Source of the DNA: Lama glama
Taxonomy: Eukaryota
Assembly: GCA_028534125.1 (NCBI GenBank)
Contig: CM052831.1
Location: forward strand, 1,240,001-1,304,000
DNA: 64,000 nucleotides
Direction of reading: 5' to 3'
Each line of letters opens with the position of its first letter. Positions within the stretch are counted from its first letter, which is position 1. Below the pieces are notes generated by a model, which was not told the DNA's origin, ran no database searches, and saw only the letters and a list, made by a program, of their open reading frames with translations. Positions 38,401 through 50,524 of the stretch are shown here, piece after piece. Both the position numbers and the translations under genes were made by a program.

Positions 38401-41379
38401 CCAAGCACATGAAGCTGTTGTCTCCTGTCAGACTGAGTGCGAGAAGAAGCAGGACAGCAGAGCACTCGGTGTGCAGCTCAGCCCTCGTGCGTCCCCTGAG
38501 CCCAGGCTGCCCCGTGGCGTGGCTGTGGTGACCTGCTGCTCCTTGACAGACTCCTTCTCCTCTCCAAAGCCACAGCCCATGCACCTGCTTTCTGCCTGCA
38601 GGCAGCATTCAGGCACCATGTGTATCTTTACTGTGGGGCATTCAGCTCTGCATACAGTGGCTGTGCAGTCCTGAGGTGGGGGTGACTTCATACTGTTTGC
38701 TTGTCTTTAAAGGGGGAAGAGGAAGGCCTTTAAGAGTCGTGAATGCGTGTGAACAGCCGCGTGAGGAGCTGATGCGGTGGGTGACAGGCACGCGGTGCCC
38801 GCTGTCCCCCAAACGGAGTGGGAGATGCGAGCATGTGCAGGACGCCCGGGGGCCTGGCTGGGCAGAGTTCTGGGTGCTGCTGCTCATCTCCCAGAGGCGG
38901 GGACACTGGTACAGCAGGAAGTTTTAGTCTTTGAAAATCACATGTGAGTTAAAAATGAAAAGTAAGAAAAGAACAGCTCATACAGTGGACGAGGCCTTTA
39001 TTTCTGTATTTGCTACGGAAAGCCTTTCCTTCCAGAAGTGTTGGCTTGACTGTGTGCCAGTGGGGACTTTGGGGACCTGAGCAGCTTGGAAGAAGCTCAT
39101 TCTTCCTCTTGCTGGGACCTGAGCTCCCCTTGAGAGTCTGTACCCGTGGCTGTTCGTGGGGCACTTCGGGACATGGCCCGGAACATGTGGCCAGCTGACC
39201 ACGTCCTTTGGGCAGGTGACATGGGGATGCAGCCTGGGCGTGAGTGGCCGTGTGGCCGTGTGGCTTGGCTCCCTGGCAGAGGGCCTCCAGGGTTTCCTAT
39301 GGGGCCTTTTCCATCCTGTGCAGCCGCCTTCCCACTGCAGATGAAGGATAACATACTCGGAGAATAACTCTCATTGCTCCCATTGCCAAACCCCTTCTAT
39401 GTGCGGAGAGCTCTCTGAGTCACTGTTTACTGTCCTCCGTGAAGACTCACGGCCCAGCCGACATTCTTCTGAGCTATCACATGTGCTTGGCAAATGGGTG
39501 GCCTTCTGAGCACTTTCCTGTGTTTCCAGCCGTGATCCTTAGTTCTCAGGGGATCCTGCCAGCCTCCACCCTGATTCCAGATTTAGAAGGAAAAAAACGC
39601 ACACACAAAACAAAACAAAAGAAAAAAGGACCCTCGATGTAAAATGGAAGTAGAACTTGACAGTAGCTGGTGGAGGCCGCGATAGGGAGTCTGAAGCATC
39701 TCTGCTCTGAAGGTCTCTCTTGGTGGAGAAGCTGCCCCCCAGGCCGGCTGATCCTTGCAGACGCCCGACTGGCTGGGAGGCAGGCTCCTCGTCACTCGCA
39801 GGCTGGGTCTCCCCACCTTGAGCACGAGGGCTGAGAAGGGACACACGAGCGCCGTGGGCTTGGCCTTGTTCAGTCTCGTTTGCTTGTCTTAGCGGGAGAG
39901 CGTGCCGGCTGGGCTCATGGACCGCAGCCACGATGGTAAGGCTGGGTTCTGGGTCCCTGTCGCTCTCCATTATCTCAGTTAATCCCTCCAAGACTTCTGG
40001 AGGGAACTTTGTGCTTTTTTTGTTTTTTTGGTTTTTTTCAATAGGTGAAAAGGTGACTCAGCAAGTACCCACAACTATGGGAAAGGGACTCACCCAGGAT
40101 TTGCATGAAAAGTATTAGATTTCTCTTTAGGTAATGTAAACCCACAGTAGAAAAACGCACCCAGCCAGGAAAGATGCACTCACGGTGAAGAGCCCGTCTG
40201 CTTCCCGCCCTCTGACACACCGAGTCTCACTTACACTGTGTTTTGGAGGTGTGTCCACATGGGCTGTGACGGCTGAGCCTCGCTCTCAGCCATGGCCGCC
40301 CCCGCCCCTCCCCCAGACTGCACTCAGCACTGCGGGGCCGTGGCTCTTCCACCTGCTGCATGTGTGCATGCAGGCGCCAGGACCTGTGCTGGGACCTGGG
40401 TCCTCCCTCCGGGCCTGTGCGGACGCCCCGCCCACGCCCCCACCACCACCGTGGGGGGCAGCGCTGTGGCCCTGCTCCGGCTCCCGGGCCGCCCCAGCCC
40501 CTCCTGGGAGGAAGGAGCCACGGCTCGGGGGCCTTGCGGGCGAGCGGGAGCGGCCAAAGCCTCTCTCTCCACGTCCCCTTGGTCTGTGCTCTGAGGTCGT
40601 GACCTTCTTTGGAGTGCCGCCAGCCAGGCCTGAATTCTAGTCCAAGAGTGACCTCAGGCGATTTATTTAACCTTCCCAAGCTCCAGGGCTATTGTGAGTC
40701 GAGATGGTGCTCCTGACACCGACCTGCGAGAGGCTCTGAGAAGGCGGGCTCCAGCAGCAAGTCTGCTTTCCTGGCTCTGTGTCAGGCACCAGCGTAAGTC
40801 CTGAGACTGCTCACCTCATCTAAGCCTGATAACCCCAGGGAGTTGGACACAGGCCCCATCCCCCAGGGGCTGAAGCCAGCCCTTGCCGAGGGCCGACGGC
40901 TCATATGGTGAGGTAGACATTTGATGCCACACCGTGGCTCCAGGGCCCGTGGTCTTAACCGTGAGGCTGTGCTGGCCTCCTGTGAACGTGGCCGGCGTGG
41001 CTGGCACGCACTGCTGGTGCCCCACCCGGTGACTTCTGCTTCTGGTGACGCTGTGGCTCTTCTCTTGCACTTTCCTGCCAGAGACGATCATCCCTTGCCC
41101 AGGGAGGCTCTTAGAGTTTTACTTCTTACCGTGTCTCTTAGAAACGTGACCTGGAACGAGATGCTCGCCTCTGCGCCTGTGTCTGTGTCTCTAAACAGGG
41201 TGACAACGCTGTATCTTCCTGTGTCCTCGTGAGGACTGCTGCACACACAGCACCTGGCACATAGCAGGTCCTCAGTTAATGTGTTGTTCCTCCCTCCGCT
41301 CCACTTCGCCAGTCTGTAAGACTGCGGGAGGGAAGCCTGCGGGCGCCTCAAGTGTCCGCCGACTGACCGGACACGGGCG

Positions 41380-42360
41380 CTTTCTGTTCTTCGTCTCTGG
41401 GCGCTGGTTGGCTGGGAGCTGGCCGGGGCAGGGGGCGGGCCTGCCCTCCGAGGGCTCAGTGTGACTGTGAGGACATGCCCTCTGCTCTGGCTGTGGACGT
41501 GTGTGTTCATTCTCTTGGGTTTATACCCAGGAGTGGGTTGCTGGGTCACAGGGTGGCGCTGCCGGCCTTTTGCGGACCTGCTGGACTGCTTTTGCTTCAC
41601 GTCCCCACCAGCAGCGGCAAGGGGTCTGATTTCTCCATGCCCTCCCACCCTGTTGTTCCCTGTTGTTGTCTGTTCGTTTGATTGTCCTGTGCTGGTGTGT
41701 ATGATACAGTATCTCACTGTGGTTTTGATTTGCATTTCTCCGATGGCTGGTGATGTGGGCGCATTTTCATGTGGCCTTTAATGTACCTTCTTTGGAGAAG
41801 TGTCTGTTCAGCTCTTTGCTCATTTTTAAATCGGGTTATTTGTCTTTTTATTGTCGAGTCACAAGAGCTTTTAATATANNNNNNNNNNNNNNNNNNNNNN
41901 NNNNNNNNNNNNNNNNNNNNNNNNNNNNNNNNNNNNNNNNNNNNNNNNNNNNNNNNNNNNNNNNNNNNNNNNNNNNNNNNNNNNNNNNNNNNNNNNNNNN
42001 NNNNNNNNNNNNNNNNNNNNNNNNNNNNNNNNNNNNNNNNNNNNNNNNNNNNNNNNNNNNNNNNNNNNNNNNNNNNNNNNNNNNNNNNNNNNNNNNNNNN
42101 NNNNNNNNNNNNNNNNNNNNNNNNNNNNNNNNNNNNNNNNNNNNNNNNNNNNNNNNNNNNNNNNNNNNNNNNNNNNNNNNNNNNNNNNNNNNNNNNNNNN
42201 NNNNNNNNAAGATGGCTCTTTCCCCCATAAAGTTGTGTTGTCGCTCTTGCTGAAAATCAGTTGACTGTAAACGTGAGAGTCTCAGCCTGCAGCTCGGTTC
42301 TACTCCCTTGATCTGTATGTCTTAGTCTGAAGTACTTGTAAAAAGTTCTGAATTCTGAAA
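41380..42360 (-). mobile_element. L1MB/L1M 3' region spanning assembly gap 1
   Basis: cattctcttgggtttatacccaggagtggg, gtatctcactgtggttttgatttgcatttctc, ctttggagaagtgtctgttcag, gaaaatcagttgactgtaaa. Confidence 0.85.
41879..42208. other. Assembly gap (330 N)
   Basis: Run of N inside an L1. Confidence 1.
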
Positions 42361-43019
42361 CACAGTTGCCCCAAGAGTCTGGGGACAAGGTGATGATAAT
42401 AGATTGCCGTTGACAAGTGGGGAGGGTGCTGGTTTCCAGCCCCTGAGACACCACTGTTCTTCCCTTTCCTGCCCACCTGACCATGTGATCTCCATGGCAC
42501 ACCCCACGAAGCCTGCAGACAGAGCATCTTTGCCTCCACTGTTTCAGTGTGACGTTGCTATGACCTTGAGATGCAGAGCTTGAACACAAATGTGAGATGC
42601 TGTCGGCACCAGCTGGAAGGGTGACAGCCAGCAACAAGCCCCCATGTCTGAACACTCTGCTTTGCCGGGGCGGGCGCCCAGGGACCACGTTTGAGCTCTG
42701 TGACCCTGCCCACCCCCAACCCCATCCATCCTGAACTGGTCCAGGGAGAGATACCTGCACTGAGACAGGCTGAACAGGCATTCTTCTCTGGGGACTGGAG
42801 ACTCAGGAAGAAGAGGCAGACACACGGGTCGGCATTTGAGGGAAACAGCAAGGGCAGAGAAGGCTGCCACCTGCTGTGCGGGACCCAGGATTCTTCTTGT
42901 AAATCCTCCTTTTTGCTTGAAATTAGTCAGTTTCTATTGGTCATGAAGAAGAAATCTTCATTATTACTTAGTGAACAGGCCAATGCAGTGAAGGGTGGGT
43001 GTCATTGTCTTTTAGACAA

Positions 43020-43560
43020 GTGTTCATTTAGCACCTGCCGAGAGCAAGCATCCTGAAGGTGAGACCCTGAGAAGTGCCCGGCTGATGAGGGGTGGCCTTG
43101 CTCTGTAGGACTCATGTTCTTTGCATTGGAGGATAAAGGATGGACTTGTAAAGCAAATGTGCTGACTGTGAGACAGATGTACTAATAGTCAAGGACCAAG
43201 AGAAGTGCTATAGGAGTTCAAATCAGGCAGGAGAGTCAAGGAAGGCTTCCTGGAGGGGGTGACTTTATGTAGGGTCCTGAAGAATGAGTTGGAGTCTGCC
43301 TGGTGACAAATGGGAGATGGCCGAGTTCCAGGAGAAGGGTGTGGACTGGGCAGGGGCGCAGGAGCACAAAGGATTGGGTGGGTTTGGGCCTTTCAGAGAC
43401 TCATGTGATCAGGTCACAGGTGTGAGCGGCTGCTAAAGCAGGGGACACAGGTCACAAAGGGGTTTGTGTCTTGGGCCAAAATGTTTAGACTGTGTCCTGG
43501 AGGTGGCGGGCCGTGAGTGGGGAAGTGAAGGTCTGTGGTTCACAGAGTTCAGCCTGCGTC
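43020..43560 (-). mobile_element. L2 3' region
   Basis: agtcaaggaaggcttcctggagggggtgac...ctgaagaatgagttggagt. Confidence 0.7.
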
Positions 43561-44575
43561 ATGGGGTGGAGGGAGAGGCCCTCGGTCAGGGAGCTGAGGC
43601 AGGACTGGGAGGGAGGGAGGGGGAAGCCAGGTTAGGAAGTGGACGCTGGACGAGCAGCTCCCATTTAGCTGGGGAGGGGAGGGCAGAGGGTGCTTAGGGC
43701 AGAGTGGGCTGAGGTGTGGGTGTGGGGAGGGGCGAGGCCTGGCAGGCAGCCTAGGGGCCCTTCTGTTGTGGGGCAGATGAAGGGGGCCTGTCGGAGTTTG
43801 TTTCATGCCAATCAGGTATAGCTCTCGGGTTCCTGGCGAGCTGCCACGTGGTCCCCTGGCAAAAGTTTGGCAGCCTCGCTGTTGCTGACCCTTTGTGCTG
43901 GGTGGCGGGAATGTCTGCCTCGCAGACCGGGCCCTGGAATCAGGTATTTGGAATGCATAGCTAATGCGTTCCACCCGGACCTGTGGTGTTATTGCACAGA
44001 ATCACATCTAATTGACTGTTTCCAAACATCCTTGTACATTTTAACTGTGCAAGCGAGTAGGTTGCCAGCAGCGGGCAGCCTGGTTTGAGTCTGGAGGCAC
44101 TGCCCTGCTTCCTGGGCTCCTGGTTCCTCCAGCCTCTCCCACCTGCTGGCCTCAGCACACCTCACCCGGGGTTGGATGAAGGCTGTTGGCTGGGAAGGAT
44201 GGCCTCTGCCCCTGGATGGCCTCCCTCATGTGTGGGTCTAGGGGGAGCGAGGCCCCCCAGTGGGCATGGGTGGAGCCCTGGGGTGGGCCGGGTGAGGGGT
44301 GGGGCTCCCAGAGGCCATTACGGCCACAGTGGGTGCGGCTGGTGGGAGGATGGCCCTGGCCCCGCTCAGTCCCCTGCAGCCCGCTGACCACCGTCAGGGC
44401 ACGGGACGTGGTGCTGGCCCTCCAAGCACAGCCGGCTCTCTCCACCACCAGGAAGGAACGAGCAGCCGCAGAAGGCAGAGCAGCATCACTTAGTCTTTAT
44501 TCTTTCTGCAGTGCCTTCTCACTTGGGCACACCACTGTTTCCCTTGATGGCAGCCATACAAAGCGTCCTTCTAGA

Positions 44576-45105
44576 TTTTTATTGTGTGAAATATACCTGA
44601 CATGAAATTCACCATTGTCACCATTTTAAGTGTAGAATTCATTAACATTAAATACATCCGCAGTGTTGTGCCACCGTCACCACCATCTACTTCCAAAACT
44701 CTTCCGTCACCTCAGGCTGAAACTCTTGTCCCCGCTAAGCACTGACTCCCTGTCCGCCCCTCCTTGAGCCCCTGGAAGCCGCCATCCTGCCTTCTGCATC
44801 TGGATCTGCCTCCCCAGGGATGTCACAGGGCAAGAGTCACGCGGGACTTGTCCTTTGATCCTGGCTGACTGCACTGAGCAGAAAGGCTTCAAGGTGTATC
44901 CATGTTGTAGCATTTGTGAAAATTTCCTTCCTTTTGAAGGCTGAGTAATATCCCATTGTGTGTATAGACGGCGTCTTATTTGTCCGTTCACTGAGGATGG
45001 ACACTTGGGTGTTTCCACCTTTGCCTGCTGTGAGCACACTGCTGTGAACAAGTGTGCACTTCGGGGATGTACCTACAAGTGGAGTCGCTGCATAAAATGA
45101 GATGA
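44576..45105 (-). mobile_element. L1MB (MB3-like) 3' end
   Basis: aaattcaccattgtcaccattttaagtgtagaattca...tttccttccttttgaaggctgagtaatatcccattgtgtgtata...gatggacacttgggtgtttccac. Confidence 0.9.
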
Positions 45106-45959
45106 ATTTTCCCATAAGGAGCATCTGGGGCTGTCGTGCAGGGGACCTGCCAGGTCCTGTTTCCTGGCCAGGGGTCCCCTCCAGAGAGAGCAGCCTCCAA
45201 AAGGGAAGCGGAGGAGGCTGGCCTCCAGTCCCCTGTGCTGGGGGTGCCCACAGCACGTGGGGGTCCTGGGCTGTGACAGAGCTGCTGTGCTGCCGGGGGC
45301 CCCCTCTGCCCCTAGCCTGGGTCACTTACTATCTCCCTTGGAGGTTTTCACCTGGTCATTTAGATGATGATGATGACTGTGAAAGGCATTCATGTCCTTG
45401 TCTGGTCCCAGCCACCAGGGCTTCACACGCCTTACACCACCCCACAACACCCCCGTTACTCCTCACAGCAAGGGGACGTCACCGGAACTAGTGGGCTGAG
45501 AGCTTAACGGAGTTTGTCTGACTCCAAAGCCATTTCCCCAAAGGAAGAAGGGATCTGCTGTCACAGTTTCTCCTCTGGACGGGAGGGTGGGGAGAGGGGA
45601 CAGGCGCTGTCCAGGTGGGGCTGGGCCGGGGTGCCGGCAGCTGGGCTCTGTGTGGACCGGTCTGTGGGGTGCACGGCTGCTCTGAGCCCCGCAGGGCCGC
45701 CCCGCACACCTCCCCTGCCCTCCTGCCCTTCCCTCCCGGGCAGCACCTGTGGCCACTGCTCTCTTCCCCTGCAGGCTGGCAGTGGCCTCGCAGGGCATCT
45801 GCACTTCGCATACCTTTGGGGCAGCAGGGACGGCAGGCCAGTGGGAGAGGGACAGCTGGTTTAACAGCACAAACTTGAAAACTTTGGCTTGGCCCGGCCT
45901 TGCTGGGGACTAATTGTGGAAAACCTCTCTAAAGCCTCAAATAAATTCTTTTCATGATT

Positions 45960-46372
45960 TCGTAATTCATCTTCTAGGAAATTATCAAAATGAGCCAGAG
46001 CTTTATGCACAGAGATGTTCTCAGCATCACTGATAGTAGCAAGACATCGGAAGCCACTGAAATGAACAAATCAAGGCACTTTGTGCTGCTCTTCCTGAAA
46101 ACGATGTTTAGGAAGAAATTTTAAAACACGAAAAATCACAAGTATAATGTTAAGTGAAAAATCAGGGTAAGGAATCCACTTCAGCCTAGTTTAGTAACGC
46201 CCCAGATCCTCAGGTGTAGGGAGAACACTAGAAAGATGTGAGGTGTGAACAGCTGACTCGAGGGGATGGGGATGTAGTTGACTTTTAGTTTTCACGTATA
46301 AAGGAGGCATTTTCCCAGGGTTTTTCTTTCCCCATGTTATTTTCCAAAATTTCTGTAATGAACACTATTAAT
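45960..46372 (+). mobile_element. L1ME-type 3' end
   Basis: ttatgcacagagatgttc, tataatgttaagtgaaaaatcagg, ttttccaaaatttctgtaatgaaca. Confidence 0.65.
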
Positions 46373-47734
46373 AGTCCTCCCCTCCCCGCAATTACGTAGA
46401 AGCGACAGCGTGGCTCTGGCTGGGACGCTGTCGCCTCTTCTCCACGCGGCAGACAGCGGCCAGCTGATGCCTGCGCCCGCCACTGCTTCTCTGAGGGGCT
46501 CTTCCAGGAGCAGCACTGGATTCCCCTGTCACACAATCTTTGCTTGAAGCCTGCTGGCGTCGGGGATTTTTCCTTCAATCTAAACTAATTTTAAAATTTA
46601 GGGGCCAGGCTGTTCTGTGGCTTTTGGAGTTGAGGAAACATGAAAGAAACCTGCCTTCCTTTCATTTGTTTAACTATTAAAGCATTTAAAATATTTTTTT
46701 CCTTCTTTCAGATAACCAAAACACAGCTGACTCTCCGCTGCCCGGTGGTGCTGGAGGCTAGCTCCCAGAGAGGTGCTTGGCTCCATGGTGAGGGAGAGGC
46801 CCATTTGAAAGAAATAATTTGAAAGCTCTTGGGAAATTGTCATCCTTTTGTCTCATAATAGGAAACCAAGCCTGTGTCTTGTTGCTGAGCACAGTGTTTG
46901 GCGGCCAGCAGAAAAAAGAACATTTCAAAGTCCAACTTGGAGCCGCTGCCGTCTGTGAGATCTGTTCTGTCTGGTGGGGCGTGGGCCTGTTGGGCACAGG
47001 CGGGTCCTGGCTGTGTGACATCGTCCCCATGATGGGGATACAGGTGCCTCTCGGGCACAGGGTCGGCTCTCGAAGGTGGCCTAACCTCTGTTTACCCGGA
47101 AGGCAGGCTGAGGTTCGGGCAGAGGTAAAGCCATGGGCTCTGCCGTGAAGACTTGCTGTGGGGTCTGGCCTGGCTCGTCTAGATCAGTGGCCGGAGAGCC
47201 CTTCCAGAGGCTGGGGGAGGCTCTGGCACTTCTCCCCAGCAGAAGTTACGTAGCTGTGCCAGGAGGTGTTTGGACACCAGGCCTTCAGGAGGGGACTCTG
47301 GCCCGTCTGCGCTGGGGTGAGGGGCTGCCCGGGTTGGGAGTTGTCCTCTCTTCCTTTCCGGAATGTGGGCCGCCCTCCCGACAGGGCGCTCCGTGCTGCA
47401 GGCTGCAGCCGGGAGGAGGGCCTGAGAAAGAACGCCTGTGCCTCGCTGTGTGCGAGTGTGTGCCCGAGGAGGAGAGAAGGAAACGGCTCGTTTACGGTAA
47501 CTGTCTTCTGACATACGTAACCCCAGATGGCTTGTAAACACCAAGTTCTGGGCAAATGGCACTGTTCCTTCATGGTGAACAGAACAGTGGACGCACAGAT
47601 GTTCCTTTGCGTGTGTATCTTCTGATTCCACTGCGTACGTAGAATTTTTATGGAAAGCAGAAGTGAGTTGGTGTGCACATGGGTGGGATGTGTGCCGTGG
47701 TACCAGAACACAGTGGCCCTTTATATAGTTTTTA

Positions 47735-49300
47735 AATACAAAGTCTTTTTTTTTCTGATTATAAAACTAATACAGACCTATTCTGGAAAATTTGAATAAT
47801 GGGCGAAACTATAAGGAAGAAAATGATCATCTGGTTTACATGGTTGAAATGATATATTTTATGTACTTTATTCTGCGGCTTTTAAAAATTTAACTCTATA
47901 CCCTAAGCATTTCCCCCACACCATTAATCAGTTTCCCTGAACGTAGTCTTTTCATGCCTGTGGGAGTTCCATCGAAGGACTGCGCAGTTTCTTTGAGCGT
48001 GTGGTGTTGAGGGGAGCACACGCGCTTCGGCTCAGAGAAAACCTGTGCTTAAAGCCTCTGCCTGCCTTCCCGGCGCTGGTGACCCCTGGAGTCTGGGTTC
48101 CTTATCTGTAGACTAAGGCAGGACCAGTCTCGTGGGGCTGCCACGAGGACGCTGGGAGAGCGGCCGTGAGCCTGGCGTGGCACAGGGAGCAGCTGCCGTA
48201 TGGCTAGTGGCGGGCGGTGTTATATTGTGGCCCCTCCGGGACGAGTGTGGACCCCCACAGGGTTAAGAAAACGCAGCCCAGCTCTGGCCTCATTTTTCGG
48301 GCAAACCCGTTTCTGCTGCTGTGACTCCTTCTCTGCGCTTGCCCCGTGGTTCTGTTTGTGTGAGCTACGTTTGTCCCCTTTGCTGTCAGGCAGGTGGACG
48401 TGCGTGACCTTTGTTCTCTGCAGCCCTATGTTGTTTCTGATTACTTGCTCTTGTAAATGATGCTGTGCAGAATATCTCTGTGCATCAGGGTTGGCCTCAG
48501 GTGGGTTATTTCAGGGCCGGAGCACTGGAAGTGGGGCCACAGTGCCAAAAGGCATGTGCGTTTTCACTCCTCTGATCCAAACTGCCGGGTGTCTTAGAAG
48601 GTGGTACAGGCTGCCCTCCTGAGCCAGCGTGAGGGAGCCTGCGTCTCTGCGTCCTCCTCCAGCCCCTCTCCCCACGGCCCACCTGGCTGCCGCGCCCACG
48701 CCACCCTCACTGAGTGCAGCTCCGGCCTCCTCCCCGTTGGTAAATCTCATTTCTGATGGGAAGGCAGCCCTGTCGCCAGCCAGTCCTGCCTGCATAGACT
48801 GCCCCCTCCGCCAAACAATGAGCACATTCAGACCCAGCTCGTGTTTTCAGTTATTAAAAAACGGAGCCGTCTGTCTCTGCCTGTGACTTTAATCTTTAGG
48901 CCTTTATTCCCTCTACTCCAGCCCCCTTCCCCTAACCTTTTGTTTGTGCAGTTCCGAGCTCCAGGATATGTGGGTCCAAGAGTCTCTGAATGGAGTGTGC
49001 CTCCCCCGGCAGCTACAGCTGGTGGTGGCCCCGAGCGATGTTATTGGGGGGGGGGGTTCTCAGTGCCTCCAGCAGTCACCGGGACTTGGCAAAAGCTGTT
49101 TATTTTTACGTAGCTCTGGAGTGAGTGCCCAGGTCCATTCTCTCCCCATTTTCAACTTTGATGGAGACCCATTCTGTCTCAGAGTTGCTTAGTCTCGGCG
49201 AAGTTTATGTCCTCCTGTGGCCTCTTAGCATTTCTTCCTGAGAAGTTGTTCTTGTCCTGAATTATAGTCACGTATATTTGAGTAAAAGCAAAAGTCTCAG
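47735..49300 (-). mobile_element. Decayed L1ME fragments with a nested MIR (about 48000-48200)
   Basis: ttttctgattataaaactaatacag, aatgatgctgtgcagaatatc, ggtaaatctcatt. Confidence 0.5.
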
Positions 49301-49988
49301 AAAAGAAAGGCTCTTTGGTAGCAGCCCTAAGCCTCCCAAAACAGCCCAGCAGTGCGGGGCAGAGACGCCTTCGGGCTCAGGAGGGCCCCCTTCTGGCAGC
49401 AGCGTGGTCCCCGTGCTGGTGTGAAAGCCGGCCTCCTGTCTCCTGGGACACCGGGACTGGGGTTGGGAGGCCTGGGCCGTGGCATTCTGGCCCAGGCCCA
49501 GGAAGGCTCCCCTCCTCCGGACACAGCGCTCCGTGCGTGTGCTCGGAGCTGCCTGCCTTCCCTGAGGGGCCCGGCCCGAGGGGTTGGTGTGGAGGTGCGG
49601 GTCTGAGTCAGGCCCTGGGGAAGGAGATGTTTTTTCGAAGTCTTTTTCCTTAGTGTATGCGTTTTCACATGTCCAGTTTGTTTTTAAACTTTTTTTCTGA
49701 GTCAGAGTTTCCGAAACATTCCAGCGTTTCTTAGGTGCTTTCCGAGAGAGTGAGTCTCCCCCTCTTTCTGATGTTGCACATGGCTGGTGCATATTCACCT
49801 GGCTTTTCCACACAGATCTATAGTAACACCCATATTAATGTATTAGTATTATTGTTTAAACGTTTGTTTTCAAATTTCACGGTGGGGCTGCACCACACCT
49901 GCTCTTCTGCAGTGTGTGCCCCACTTCACAAGGCCTTGAGCCTCCCGTATGTTCAGACCCTCAGATCTACTCCGTTTTAGTGGCTGTG

Positions 49989-50105
49989 GGATGCCCCTCC
50001 CAGTGCAGGATGCCCCTCCCAGTGCAGGATGCCCCCCGCCGTGCGGGATGCACCCCCCCCTACCGAGCAGGGTACCCTCCTATGCGGGATGCGCCGCCCC
50101 CGCCC
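49989..50105. repeat. 19-bp minisatellite GGATGCCCCTCCCAGTGCA, about 5-6 decaying copies
   Basis: GGATG recurs at 49989, 50008, 50027, 50046 and about 50087. Confidence 0.9.
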
Positions 50106-50524
50106 CCGCTCCGTGCAAGCACCACTCACCCAGCCATGTGCGTCCATGGCCGCCTCCTCAGCGCTGGGCTACCTTATGAGCCGCCCGCACCTTTATGAGC
50201 TCACCTGTTGACAGGCACCTCTGTTGTCTCCAGCTTTGTGCTGCTGTGAATAGTCTTACACATGTCTTTTTGAAGACAAGCGTTTTCATTTCTCTTGAGT
50301 AAACCTACAAGTGGAATTACTGGATCAGAGGGTGGGTATATGTTTAATTTTATAAGCAGAGGCCAGTGTTTCCGCCAAAGTGGGTGCACCACTCTGCAGT
50401 CACACGGGTGGGAGAGTTCCCGGTGCTCCATGTTGTTGTTGGCAGTATTTGGTGTCCTAGTTTTCAGGATTTACATTCTGGTGGGTGTGCGCATTGTGCT
50501 TTAATGTTCATGCCCCAGTGACTG

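Noticed and set aside
41750-42253. ORFs running through N-gaps (also 50714-51178)
   Set aside because: Artefacts of translating undetermined bases within L1 and Tigger1.
44135-44152. CTCF-like GGCCAGCAGGTGGGAG on the minus strand, with weaker matches near 22870 and 49385
   Set aside because: Each has mismatches at core positions, and partial matches are expected in GC-rich DNA.
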